Source: the human T2T-CHM13v2.0 reference genome, Homo sapiens. Taken from it: a stretch of DNA of 64,000 bases. A program made the translations under genes and the position numbers. This document shows, piece by piece, positions 29,801 to 43,710 of the stretch (position 1 is its first letter; every line of letters starts with the position of its first letter). Location of the stretch: the NCBI RefSeq assembly GCF_009914755.1, contig NC_060926.1. One strand, 5' to 3'. A model generated the notes under the pieces. It ran no database searches, was not told the origin of the DNA, and was given only the letters and a program-made list of their open reading frames with translations.

Positions 29801-31169
29801 GGGGGTAGCTGAACCCCAGCAGGTTGGGGGCCACAAGGGAGCATCGGAGCAGGTTCTGCAGGGTCAGGGATGAGGCTGTCGCTCTTCCTCAGTGAGGCAT
29901 TGTTGGCTCCAGGGAGATAGAGAGATGCAGGGTTTCTGGAAGTCAGTATTGGATTACTAAAGCCACAGCTTTGGTGGATACAGCCTGTTTTTGGAAAGAT
30001 AAAAGAGAAAGAACCTGAACCATGGCTGTATATGTCTGATCTCCTCAGGGCCAGGGGTGTGCTGGTGGTAAACGTTTAACAACAACCTCCCCAAGAAAGT
30101 CCTGATTTGTAGCATTTGTTGATTTTCCTGTAAATACCCCCATGGTGGCCATTTCACGCTACTATGTGTAGTCCTCAGATGTGGAGCGGTATGTACTACA
30201 GGATCCAGAGCTGGCTTCAAACCCCACTGCCATGGTCATAGGAGGAGAAAACCCTCCCTTCAGCACGTGCTAGATGGCAGGTGAAATTCAACAATCACCA
30301 TCTGAACCCATCACATTTTTGGCAGTATTTTTTCTGTCACTTCTGGTCCTTACACTATCAATTTTGGGGGCCATCCTGGAGTGTCCCCTGGGGTGAAGGA
30401 GGTCCTGGAGGCCTACCTACCACCCCACAGTAGACCAGCAGAGGGAGAGAAGGGCAAACAGGGGCCAGGCTTCCACCACCCTTGCGAAGCCTGGTATGCT
30501 TAGGAAGAAGAACTTCACTTGGGCCTTTATCAACCATTATAGTCAAGGTCAGGACTATGGTGCAAGCAGAATTTAGGGCTGCCCCAAGTCTCAGGAATCA
30601 AATAATATTGTAATGTAGTAGTTTAGAAAATCAGATTAATGAAGGAAATAACAAAATTTGAAGTAAAGATACAGTCAGGATGACTCATTTTTTTTCTTTT
30701 TTTCTTTTTGCCTCAGAATCCAACATGGGTCTGTGCTGCTCCTCTCAGCTTGAGGTTTGGGTTGAGCCATGGAATTGCCCCTCTCCTGATAGATAAGATA
30801 GGAAAACAGTGGCTCAGAGATATTAAATGACTTGTTCAAGGATATGAGGCAGGTTTTGGGAAAGGACAAAATTTGTCCAGTCTGCTAATACCTCATTCAA
30901 CCATACTGGCAGAAAGGGGAGGTCAAAAGAGAGAGCTCAGAGAAAAGAAAGAAGACCCCACAGCACACCTGCCTGGGGCAAGATCCCTGTGTGCCCTGAA
31001 CACAAAGGGTAGGGGACTGTCCTGCAGTGAGGAATGACAGTGGTGCCCCAAGATCATGCATGTTGGCAAGTCTGGCCCAGGCAAGGTTGACCCTTGTTCT
31101 TGGCTCCATATACTCTGGAAGGCATTGCTGGCATCCAGGCATACGTCTGTGTGTGTTAGAAATTCACTG

Positions 31170-31640
31170 TTAGCGATTCACAACTGCAAAGATATGGAAT
31201 CAATCTAAGTGCTCATCAGTCAATGAGTGGATAAAGAAAATATTACACACACACACACACACCATGGAATACTACTCAGCCATAATAAAGTATGAAATAA
31301 TGTCTTATGTAGCAACTTGGATGGACTTGGAGGACATTATTCCATTATTCTAAGTGAAGTAACTCAGGAATTGAAAACCAAAGACTGCATGTTCTCACTT
31401 AAAAGCAGGAGCTAAGCTAAGGGTATGCAAAGGCATACAAAGTGGTATAATGGACATTGGAGACTCAGAAGGAGAAGGATGGGAGGGAGGTGATGATGAA
31501 AAACTACCTATTGGGGTACAATGTACACAACTCAGGTGACAGGTACACTAAAATCTTAGACTTCGCTACCATGTCATTCATCTGTGCAACCAAAAACCAT
31601 TTGTATCGCAAAGCTATTGAAATAAAAAAGTTTTTTTAGA
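31170..31640 (+). mobile_element. L1 3' end (L1PB/L1MA-like) with internal (CA)n
   Basis: atggaatactactcagccataa...ctaagtgaagtaactcagga...gcatgttctcactt...attgaaataaaaa. Confidence 0.85.
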
Positions 31641-32054
31641 AAAAGAAATTATCTGCTGAATATTCCTAAACTGAAAGGCAATCTAAGAACACTGAGGTTG
31701 TGGGTGCCCCTGACCCCACATGAGGAGGTCGTTCAGTTTTTCCAGCTTGCTTTTTGTGTGGGAGGAGACGTGGTGGGTAAGAGAAAGGACAGTGGAGCAG
31801 TGAAAACTTCAATGACCAGACTGGCCAGAAAATGTGGTCTAGGGTTTGGTGCCAGGGGCCATCTCTCCCTGAGTCCCTGAGTGTTCCTGTGGTGCAGACT
31901 GAGAAGTCTCACCCCCAAAGAAAACGGGCCAGGTGAAGTTAGGTAAACAGAAGAAGAACTGCACGGTACAGACCCCATTTTTGCTCCTCTTGCCACCTGC
32001 CTACAGCCTGTGAGAGATTATCCCGTGCATTGGGGCTGTAAAATATTCATTGAT

Positions 32055-32383
<329 letters not shown>

Positions 32384-33799
32384 TCATTGATATAAAACCT
32401 TCTGGAGTTTGAAGTTCATAGCCTAATTGAATCAAGGAGAAACCATCCCTGGAATGTTGTTGGAGGTTGGGGTTACTGTGAATCTTGAAGCTGCTTCAGA
32501 GGACGTCTCTGCTTCGCCTTATTTATGCCTTTGTGAATTCTTGTTACATCCCCACAGCCAAGTTCTCCATTTCCACAGAGAGTTTCCCAAAAGTTATCCA
32601 GCTTTGTCTTGGCCTTTCCTTGACTCAAGTTCACCCCTTCTGCAGTGAGGCAGATGCAGGCATAAAACAACGGACCTCCAAAGAGCCAAATGGGTCCTCT
32701 GGGAGGTCAGCCAACCTTGATGTTGCCTCAGAGGTCACGGCAAATGAACTGTCATGCTGGCTGAGCACGGCTGAGTGCATCCAGTGCCAGCAGCGAGCAT
32801 CTTTTGGAGCGGTTCAGAGGTGAACGGGCATGGATCCGGCAACTCTGGTGTGCAGCGGGCCCAGCGTTTACTCAGTCCAGAAGCACAGGCAGCTGGGAAG
32901 CCGGTGGTTTCCCTCTTCTCTCCCCTTCTCCACGGCAAGCTGCAGTTCCCTCACCTCCTGTTTGTGCCAAGCAGCCCCCCACTCCTGCAGCATGAGGGAG
33001 CACCTCATTACCTAATACTTTTTAGGCAAGTGAAAGCTTTAAAAAGTCACTAAAGAGCATTAGAGAACACTTTTTCAAATGTCAGCCTATATAATCCCAT
33101 CATCCTAGTGGAGCGCCGTTCTTCCGTTATCTTCAGCCTGCAAATTTGCTTGACATAGGGGTGTATTATTGTTCATTCTTTTTTCACAATATTACATCAC
33201 ATTTCTCCAGGTTTCTGTGGTCTTTCTTCACCCTCTTAAAGTTGCTGTCGATGTAATGTAATTCATCAGACCATTGGCCTAATAGTAGACAGTCAAGTCA
33301 TTTCTGTTTGTTGGCTAATATAGATATGCAAAGGGAAACATCTATAAGGATATAGCTTTTAGTTTGTTTAATTATTGACTTAGAGTTAATTCCTAAGGAG
33401 TTGCCGAATCAAAGGATGTGAATCTCTTTGTGGCCTTCCCTGTGCAGTCTCTGTGTCTTGTGATACTGCTTTCTGAAAACATGTCAACTGGCATTGCCTG
33501 TAGCAGTGAATGAATGTCAGTTTCATAGTAGACTTGCCAATAATGGATAATAATTTTAAAACAAATTGGTTACTTTTTTAGGTATTAAATGGTATGTCAG
33601 TGTATGCCAAAACTGTTTTGCTTTGCATTTCAAAATTCCTGATTATAGTCAGTATCTTATGAAAATTTTATGTTTGTGTCCTTTAAGCTATTATCTATGG
33701 GGATCTTGATATATATATTTCAATTTGTTGATACATAGCCCTTTGTGCTGGTCTTGCCATTTAATCAGAAACTAATTGGGAGGAAACAATCAGAGAAAT

Positions 33800-34165
33800 T
33801 CAGATTGTGAAGCATTCAATGTGACAACATCCTGGATGCTACATAAATGTATCATTAAAAAAGATACATTTATGTATCTAGAACAGTAAAGGAGACTGTT
33901 CTAGACTAAGATTAAGAAGATATGGCAACCCCATGAGCTCTGGGTAGCTCCTGGGTGAAAATCAGAAACTACAAAGGAAACTTGGGAAACAATTGGGGAA
34001 ATTCAAATATGAACTCTATATTAGATAATGTCATATCAGTGTTAAATTTCTTGACTCTGTTATTGTGATTATGTAGCTGAATGTCTTTGTTCTTAGGAGA
34101 TAAAGACTGAAGTATTTAAGAGTGAAGTGTCACTACGTCTATAACCTTCAAATAGTTCAGCAAAA
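33800..34165 (+). mobile_element. Old L1ME/L1MC-type 3' fragment followed by AT-rich low-complexity DNA
   Basis: attggggaaattcaaatatg...gttaaatttcttga...gttcttaggagata...ctgaagtattta. Confidence 0.6.
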
Positions 34166-34331
34166 CTATATATGTATATATCATACATATTATATATACT
34201 ATACTATATTATGGATCAATATATAATATATAAATTATACATACTATATATACATACACATATACATACATTTATGCATCTGTTATTTTATACATCAGAC
34301 ACACGCATATTACCTCTACTATGAGAGTTGC

Positions 34332-36441
34332 ATTTTATTTATTTTTTTTGTGATAATGCTTAACATAAGATGTACGCTTTCAGCAAATTAAGTATACTAT
34401 GCAGTGTGTTAACTATAGGCACAAAATTGCATGATAGATCTCTAGGACTTACTCATCTTGCATAACTGGAACTTGGTGCCCTTTTACTAGTATCTCCCTG
34501 ATTCCTCCTTTCTCCCAGCCCCTGGCCACCACCATTCTGCTCTCTTGCTTCTATGAGTTCAACCACGTTAGATTCCTCATATAAGTGGTATCATGTAGTA
34601 TTTGTCCTGCCATTGGCTTGTTTCACTTAGCCAATATCCTCCCATGCATGTTACCCCAAATGGCAGGATTTCCTTCTTTTCTGTGTCTGAGTAACATTCG
34701 ATTGCATGAATACACCATATTTTCTTCTTTTTTTCGTTTTTTAGAAATTGTAACAAAGCATTTTATTTACGTCAAGGAAGAAAGCTATGCTAAGGACATA
34801 GAAATCTGCTTCAGCTTTCCTTTAGCCTCACACTTCATAAAAGTATCAAGTGGTTCTCTCTGGCTTTTACTTAGTCATCTGTGTAACCAGGGTTGAAGAC
34901 AGTAGAACACTGAGTCTTAGTGTAAGTGTAAGAGATTGAGAAGACAATCTCTTTTGAATTATGGTTTTTCAATGTTTGTTGTATCATCTTTTTAAAAAGA
35001 GCAATAGAGATTCTTTTTAGAAAATACAAAGAAGCACAAGGAGAAAAGTAAAAATCACCTGTAATTCCACCAGTGTCAACGAATGACCAATGTTAATGTT
35101 TTCTAAGTAGTTGGAACATACCTTTCCGCCTTGTGTTTTCTTTTGTGTGTATGTGATGAATACACCATATATTTTTTTAACCATTCATCCATAGATGGAC
35201 ATTTAGGTTGCTTCCATGTCTTGGCTATTGTGAATGACGCTGCAGTGAATGTGGGAGTGCAGATGCATGAGGACTCTTCAGGGTCCTTACTTTCATTCCT
35301 TTGGATGTGTAGAAGTGAAATTGCTGAATCAAATGGTAGTTCTATTTTTCGTTTCTTAAGAAACCTCGATACTGTTTCCTATAGTGGCTGTACAATTTTA
35401 CATTCCCATGAACAGTGAACAAGCGTTCGCTCTTCTCCACATCCTCGCTAAAACTTATCATTCTTTTTTTTTATCATAGCCATCTTAACAGGTATGAAGT
35501 GCCATCTCATTGTAGCTTCAATTTGTATTTCCCTGATGATTAGTGACATAGAACATCTTATTAAATACCTGTATACCTGTTGGCCATTTGTATGTCTTTA
35601 GAGAAAAGTCTACTCGGTTCTTTTGCCTGTTTTTAAATTGGATTATTTGGTTTTGCCATTGAATTGTGGGAGTTTCTTATGTATTTTGGATATTAACCCT
35701 TTCTCAAATATACAGTTTGCAAATGATTTTTTTCCATTCTTCAGGTTGCCTTTTTATTCTGTCGATTGTTTCCTTTGCTGTGCAGAAGCTTTTTAGTTTG
35801 ATGTAGTCCAACTTGTTTATTTTTGCTTTTGTTGCCTTTTTGGTGTCATATCTAAGAAATCATTGCCAAGACCAATGTCAAGAAAGTTTTCCCCTATGTT
35901 TTCTTCTAGGAGCTTTATGGTTTCAGTGTTTACATTTAAGTATTCAATCCACGTTTAGTTGATTTTTGTGTATGGTAAAAGGTAAGGATCCAGTTTCATT
36001 CTTTTGCATTGGATGTACAGTTTTCCCAACATCATTTATTGAAGAGAATATCCTTTTTCCATTGTATATTCTTGGCACTCTTGTTGAAGATCAGTTGACT
36101 CTTCTTGGCTTGGAAGAATTAATGTTTGTTAAAATGCCCATACAAGAATTAATGTTTTGTTAAAAGGAACTGCAAATTTAATATGGTTCCTATCAAATTC
36201 TCAAAGGCATTTTTCAATAAGGACAGAAAAAACAATCCTAAAAGTCATATGGAACCATGAAAGACTGAACAGCCAAAGCAATTCTGAGTTAAAAGAACAA
36301 AGATGGAAGCATCACATTTCCTGATTTCAAAATATATTACAAAAATTCAGCAATTAAAACAGTGTGGTACTGGCATAAAAACAGACATATAGACCAGTGG
36401 AACAAAATAGAGAGCCCAGAATTAAGTTAATACATATGTGG
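34332..36441 (-). mobile_element. 5'-truncated, 5'-inverted L1MA-like element (antisense 34332-36099, inverted sense segment 36100-36441)
   Basis: Antisense 3'UTR/ORF2 up to ...gaagatcagttgac, then sense ORF2 (aaaacagtgtggtactggcataaaaacagacatatagaccagtggaac). Confidence 0.85.
34721..35155 (-). mobile_element. Orphan retrotransposed insert (retrocopy 3' end or orphan transduction) nested in L1
   Basis: 15-bp direct repeats atgaatacaccatat at 34706-34720 / 35156-35170; T tract 34720-34742; TTTATT at 34762-34767. Confidence 0.75.
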
Positions 36442-38399
36442 GATCTACATTTTGGAAGAGACCTTTCATAGCGGAGGGAAATGCTGAAGGGATCCGTTTC
36501 TGGTGGTGGACTCCAGGCCCCAGTAGGGAGGTTCTTGGGGACTGAGGGACCTAGTAGCTCCCCTTTTCACATTGTATAGGCCACTTTCTTCTCCACCTGT
36601 GGGTGACAGTGCTGAGGATACTCTGGCCTGACGCGTGGCTTTCCTGCCCAGAGGAATGTGGAATTGGGGTGTTTTCAGCAGCCACAGGCTCCAACCCCTT
36701 TCTCCTGTCACCTGCTTTGTAGCTTTGCACACAAGCCTCACTTGAAGCATGAAGTTTACCCATGTTCTTTCCCTCCTGTGACCTTCTGTTTTTCCATATC
36801 TGACATCAAATCTGACTTAAAAGGCAGTGCAGATGCTCCTTTGGGGCAATAGTAATAGAAACCATGGAGGAAGTTGAACTTAGAACTCTGACTTACAGGA
36901 GTTATCCTTGGCTGTCTGCCTAGCCTGTGCCTGAGACTCCCCCTCCACACCCCTGCCAACTTTAAACAGCTTCCCTCCAGGTATCAGGGCACCCCGCTGA
37001 GACAGCTTTGAAATGAATAGAGTCAAATTAATTGGTTGCCATATTGCCCTATTGGATTGATGTCAACACAGTTTAGAACGATTGGTTTCATTGCTCGTCA
37101 TTTCTGTAAAAAGTTGGGAAATAAGACTCTTAGGAAGGACTGTAACCACCGTCATAACAGTGTTCCTTTGAGAAAATTAGATTGGACCCATCACCATTTT
37201 AACTGAAAATAGTTTCCCAGGATGAAAACAACTAGTCAATTTGAGAGATTTGTAAATCAAATTGCATCTTAAATGCATTAGGAGACGGGCTTACTGTTCA
37301 AATGTATTCCGTGGTGAATCCTGTGAAAGGAGTTAAGGGTGCTCTTTTACGAAAAGAACCTGCATCCTGTGTCCTGTGATGCCCAGGATGATGTTTCTGG
37401 ATTGGATTTTTGTAGGTAAGTTTGTAGCAAGTAAGGGCTACTGAATAGATTTGGTTTTTGGTTGTCATATTTTTGTTCTTGCTTATGAAAATAGTAGAAC
37501 ATTCTACACATTGTGAAAGTATGAAGCGGAACAAAAACTTGCCTATGATGGCAGCACCGAATGGTGATTGCCATACTTCTGCAGCTGTGTGTGTTGCTGT
37601 CTCTATACTAGAACAGACCTGGGTCCTCCCGTGAGAATTTGGTCAGCAGGTCAAGACCCCTAGGTTGGAGCAGGGTAGGAGGTGGTGAGCTTTCTGTACC
37701 CAGAAGGTCGGTGATGCCAGAGACTTTTTGAAACAATAAGCACCAATTGAAACCCAGGTGGGCTAGGGGTCAAGAAGCAAGGGGATCCACAAGCAGACCT
37801 CCACCCGGGTCATCTGAGCCTGTGTTGAAGATGCAGTCTGGGAACGCTGAGGGCAGATTTCCAATAAACAGCTGCCTGTTTGCTCAGAGGCTGCTGCGTC
37901 CTTGGAAGCACACGCTGCGCATTTGGTCCTGTTCTCACCTTTTACCTCCTTCAATTTTACCTTCCCTCTACCCTACCCTCCAATAACAAGATGCCCTTGG
38001 ATTAATCTGTTGTTCAGGTCATACATATGACCTCCACTTCAGGGAACCTTACATTCAGAGAGGTCCAGGAGGGATCAATGCTTCTTCCCCTGAAGACTGG
38101 CCCTGTTATGGTGAGATGTCAGGCACTCGCTGATGCCTGGAGATATTTGGGGGCACAGAGCCTTCCAGTGCATTTTAAGCTGACCTGTGCAGGGGACCTT
38201 CTAGGAGACCTTCTAGAAGGTGTCAGAAACCTAGGAAGAAGCCCAAAGCCTGCCCACTGTGTTCTTGGGGAAGCCACAGGCAGCTGGACTCTTTGGTGAT
38301 GAAAGCCACTCAGATGAGAGCTTGGGGACTTTCTGTAAGGAGTGCAGGCCGTCCTTCAGAGCAGCGTGTGGGTGGAGGAACAATGGCCTCTTTCTCACT

Positions 38400-38620
38400 C
38401 TCTGGGTTAGAATCTGGGCTTCCCCACTGAGTAGCTGTGTTAACAGGAGTAGGTTACTTAAACTCTATTCTTCGCTTTGCATACCTGTAAAATGGGGCTA
38501 ATAGCAGTACCCTTCAAGTGGAGTTGTTTCGAGGGTTCATTGAGATGTATTGTATCACTAAGATATAACACACTTAGCATAGCACTTGCCAGAGCGTAAG
38601 CCCACGATAAACATTTATCA
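38400..38620. mobile_element. MIR
   Basis: gaatctgggct...ccactgagtagctgtg...ttacttaaactct...ctgtaaaatgggg...cacttagcatagcac. Confidence 0.7.
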
Positions 38621-38630
38621 TGGTCATCCT

Positions 38631-38976
38631 TGTCTTAATCAGCTCAGACTGCAATAACAAAATACCAAAGACTGGGTGTCTTAACCAACAGACATTCACT
38701 TCTCACAGTTTTGGAAGGTGGACATCCAAGATCAGGGAGCCAGTATGGGTGGGATCTGCTGAGGGCCCTCTTCCTTGCTCACATGACAGAGAGCTCACTC
38801 ACTCAGGTCTCTTCCTCCTCTTATAAGGACACTAATCCCATCATGGAGGCTCAACCCTCACGACCTCATCTAAACCTAATTACCTCCCAAAGGTCCCATC
38901 TCCAAATAGCATCACTTTGGGGGTTAAGACTTTAATATATTAATTTTGAGGGGGCAAAAATATGTAGCCCATAACA
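38631..38976 (-). mobile_element. MaLR solo LTR (MLT1A-like)
   Basis: tgtcttaatcagctcagactgcaataacaaaatacca...cttataaggacactaatcccatcatg...acctaattacctcccaaagg...ccataaca. Confidence 0.85.
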
Positions 38977-39719
38977 ATTATCTTTATTATTTTTGTGATC
39001 ATCTGTGAGTCCCCTTGCAAGGCATTCTCAGTTGGTGGGGCAGTCTCAGAACTGGGGGGAAGGAAGGTATTGGGAAGATCTTTTTGACTCCAGTGGGATC
39101 TTTACAGCCCATGGTGGTGGTCTTGAGCCTTCGAGAAACTACTTTCACTGTGTCATATTTCCCTCTCCTTTTGACCTCTGGGAAAATGCTCTTGGTTGGC
39201 TTAGTCTAGGTAAGAGGAAGAAGGAAGAAGTCAGATTTATTAGGCAGCTACTTCTTGAGCCAGGAAGCTTAGGGTGTGGAGATTCATCTCATTGCGTCCT
39301 CTAAGCCACCCCCTGTGGCTGGCACTGCCATTGCCATTTACAAAGGGAGATGCGCTCAGATGCTCAGGGGGAGGAAACACCACCTATCCAAGGTCACACT
39401 GCTCAGGAGTTGCACTAAGATGTGAACCTTGAGCCTTTTGACCCCCAAGCCCTTGAAACCAGCTGTAGCCTGTGTGGGGAGGAAAGGGCAGCCAGCCCTG
39501 GAGCAGAATTTGGATTGGATGGAATCTGAGGATATAGCAGGAATAGGCACACTCTGGGCCTTTCCACCCTACATGTGCTCGCTCACTCCAGCTGCTCAGT
39601 GGGACTCCTCAGACCCCCGAGTCCCTCCACACACAAAGGCTACCTCTCACCCACCCCAGCTCCACTCCCCCAGGGATGGAGTAGCTCTCCAGAGGGAGCT
39701 CATTTTGAAGGTGCACTAA

Positions 39720-39920
<201 letters not shown>

Positions 39921-40186
39921 TAAGCCTTTCTCTTGGGAACCTCTAATTACAACATCTCTGTTACAAGATGTCGGGGATGGGGTAGGGCAGACTATGCACC
40001 TCATTTAAAGAATGCTGGTGTGCCTCGTTTCTTCCTTATCTGAATGCAGGGGACTATTATGGAAGGCTAAGTGTGTGTTTGGTACATAGGGGGAAATACA
40101 TGGAAAGAAGCGATGGTTTCTGGCAACTTTATACCTAGAATTTTATGAAAAGAGTTAAGATTTTAGTAACCAACAAGGATATTGTG

Positions 40187-40538
<352 letters not shown>

Positions 40539-40677
40539 TAAAAAGAATACTTATCTTTTACAGACACACCTCAGGGTGAGGATTCCACTGAATAATAATC
40601 CACTGAAAAATAATTCACTGAATTATTTACAAGTGAAATTATCTGATGCCTAGGATTTGTTAGAAAATCAGGAAGGA

Positions 40678-40982
40678 GGCCAGGCACAAGTGCGGTGGCT
40701 CATGTCTATAATCCCAGCACTTTGGGAGGCCGAGGCACGCAGATTGCTTGAGGTCAGGAGTTTGAAACCAGCCTGGTCAACATGGTGAAACCCTGTGTCT
40801 ACTAAAAATACAAAAATTAGCTGGCCATGGTGGTGTGCGCCTGTAATCCCAGCTACTTGGGAGGCTGAAACATGAGAATCACTTTAACCCTGGAGGTGGA
40901 GGCTGCAGTGAGCCGAGATCGCTATACTATACTCCAACCTGGGTGTGACAGAGTGAGACTCTGTCTTAAAAAAAAAAAAAAA
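40678..40982 (+). mobile_element. Alu (AluS)
   Basis: Dimer; TSD aaaatcaggaagga / aaaatctggaagga. Confidence 0.92.
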
Positions 40983-42304
40983 TCTGGAAGGAGGAGAGGG
41001 GCTGAGATAAAGATGATCGAAGGCCAGCCCCATTCCACTAACAATACCCAGGCTCAGAAATGAAAATGAGACTGGCCTGATGTCCTCTAGCTAGGAAGTG
41101 TCAGAAGTATGATTCTACCCCTAGTAGTCTGACTTTTAATGCTGATACTTTTCCTGACATCCCACCAGCCTTTCTAGCAAGCTGTCTGAGCTCTTTGAAG
41201 CTGATGTAGAGGTTGCCTTCATGAACCCTTGGATCCAACTGGGGAGAGCGAGTGAGGCCAGGATGCAGTATGAACCCAGCCAGGGACATCTGCACTGGGC
41301 TCTGAGGACCCCTTGGATTCCAGGTGTCCAGTAGTCACTTGTCTTATCCTCATGATGTCACAAAGCCAGTCATCCAGGTTGGCGTAGACATCTGAGATGA
41401 TATAGCTCAGAGCAAGCCCAGCCCAACTGAGGCAGAAATAATGCCCCATTCCAGCCACAGATACTTCCAATTACCAGGGCAGACCCAGCTGTCTGACCTT
41501 CACTTGCTATATTTGGTCATGAACTGAGTGGTCGGTCTTACAGATCCAGGTCTCCTCTAAGTCCATGGGCAAAGGCCACTGAGCTCTAGGTTCCCTGGGG
41601 TGGAGCCTGAATAGCTTCTGGTTCCCACTGGGCTGGGAACTTCAGGGAGCTCCCTGACCATCTGTAGTTAGTACACTAAGGACAGGGGTAAGGCCGGGTT
41701 TGTGTGATAGTTCTGTGTCCATGCTGACTTTCTGTCTTGCCCTGGGAACACCACTCTGGCCATGGAAGGAACCTCTAATGTTGGCCTTCACCTAGACAAC
41801 CTCTTGAACCTCTAGTTCGGGGCACAGACTGGCTTAGAACCATTGGTGGTCTTTGGACTGCCCAGGGAAATATACCTGCCAGCTGCAGCCCTCTTCCACA
41901 GTTAGAGGGCCCACAGAGCGTGTCCTGGTGCTGGGAGAAGAGGAATGTCCATTCTATCCACAAGGAAAGGTATGCTTCACTGCTCAGTGCCTACCAGGAG
42001 CAAGCAGGGTCGTTTGTGGCTTTCCAGAACATTGCTGACCACACAGGAATGGCTCTCTGTATAGGAAATCAAGCTCTGATGCTGACCAAACCTTGCACCT
42101 CCCCAAGCACTGGGACTGCCCTCTGTGGGCTTCTGGAAGGAGACATTTAAGGCACCTTGCAAGTGAGAGAGAAATTACAATATTCTGCATACTTCATGTA
42201 CTTGGTGCTATGTGGGTGGTGGCCCAAATTGGGTGGTTTTTCTGTTTGTTTTTTGACCTGGTAAGATTTCACTTTTTTTAAAAAAATGTTATTCTTCTTT
42301 TCAG

Positions 42305-42339
42305 GGGTGTCATAGGAAAGCAGGGATACCAGTGTCAAG
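42305..42339 (+). CDS. PRKCE: PKC-epsilon exon 4 (35 nt), middle of C1A
   Basis: ttcttcttttcag|GGGTGTCATAGGAAAGCAGGGATACCAGTGTCAAG|gtaaga; (W)GVIGKQGYQCQ(V); phases fit both neighbouring exons. Confidence 0.97.
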
Positions 42340-43624
42340 GTAAGAGGCATTTATGAATTAAATCTTCAGAGGCCCGTGGTTAGATCCAGATCACTGGCAC
42401 CCATAGGAGGCAGGTGCTCAGTCTGATGACATTTGGAGGCTCTCCACAGCTTGCATGCTTTCTTTGTTCCCACTTGACCATTACTTCTGCATATATGGGA
42501 ATATATATGGGAGGCATTTGCAGGTGCCACCTGTCTCCAGGCGTCCTTGTGATCTCAGCAGGTCCCCAATCCACCCGGCCTTTGTGTCTCAACTGGAGCA
42601 GGTGGCACTTTCATCTTTCTGAATGAGACATTCTGCTTCAGTTGGAGGCTCTTTGAAAGTCCCACTTTGTCCTGAACTGGGTCTGTGTATTCTGCCAGAT
42701 CCCTCCCTGTCTCCCTCCCTGAAGAAGCTTCCTCGCCTGCTCGTTGTACTTGGTATCACTGAAAGGTCCTTGTCTAATCCCTTTTTTTGGTCTTGGCTGT
42801 GTGATCATTAGCTCTTAAAAATGTAAAGCTCACTTGAAGGTATTGAAGATTATTCCTTTCCAGTTAATTGACTACAAATGCAAGTTTAAGTTGTACAAAA
42901 TTGGAGGGTGGAAATGTGGCATGGTCATGCGGTGGTTTTGCTGAGGTTAGAGCAGGGAGGTTTTCCTGTCTCCTCGCCAAGCACTGTTGGGTCTCACCCA
43001 TGGGGTAGTGTCTGGTGGAAGTTGCTGTTCCTTGGGGTAACACGCACACAGTTACTTACCTTTTCAGCCACCTACTGCCCACATTGCTCCATGACACTAA
43101 CAACACAGATATAGGCCACTTGTGGAAGTATTAAAGTCGATGGGAATTTTGAAGTTTGGTATGTCAGGACACAACCAGATAAAAAAGCCTCAGAACCTCT
43201 GCACCGCCTGCTGCAGTTCCCCCTATCACGTCAGCCACCCTGCATGGTCCCGAGTGGGGTGCGAGGCCACTACAACACCTTTAATAGGCAGTGCTCCATG
43301 GGAGGGCTGGAAGGAAGTTTTTCCTTGACCTTGGCGTATTGAAGTGAGAAAATTGATCAGTACTCCCTCAACTGGAGAAAACTGCTAATGTCCTTTGAAT
43401 ATAAATGTTACCTTGCTCTCTGGAGCATTTAGGAAACTGATGGCTCTGATAGGACAGTGTTTTGAAATAGCTGTATAAAAGACTTTAGGGAGGGTATTAA
43501 ATTAAGGCTCAGTGGCAGAAGGGGCCTGGCTCCCCTTGTCACTCCACCAAGCCCTGAATAGATCCTGGGAGGGACACTCCCTTTCCTGAGTGTCATTCAG
43601 CCTTCCTGTCTTTGCTATTTGCAG

Positions 43625-43710
43625 TCTGCACCTGCGTGGTCCACAAGCGGTGCCACGAGCTCATAATCACAAAGTGTGCTGGGTTAAAGAAGCAGGAGAC
43701 CCCCGACCAG
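43625..43710 (+). CDS. PRKCE: PKC-epsilon exon 5 (86 nt): end of C1A and actin-binding motif LKKQET
   Basis: tttgcag|TCTGCACC...GACCAG|gtaagt; (V)[28 protein letters not shown]; LKKQET at 43684-43701. Confidence 0.98.
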
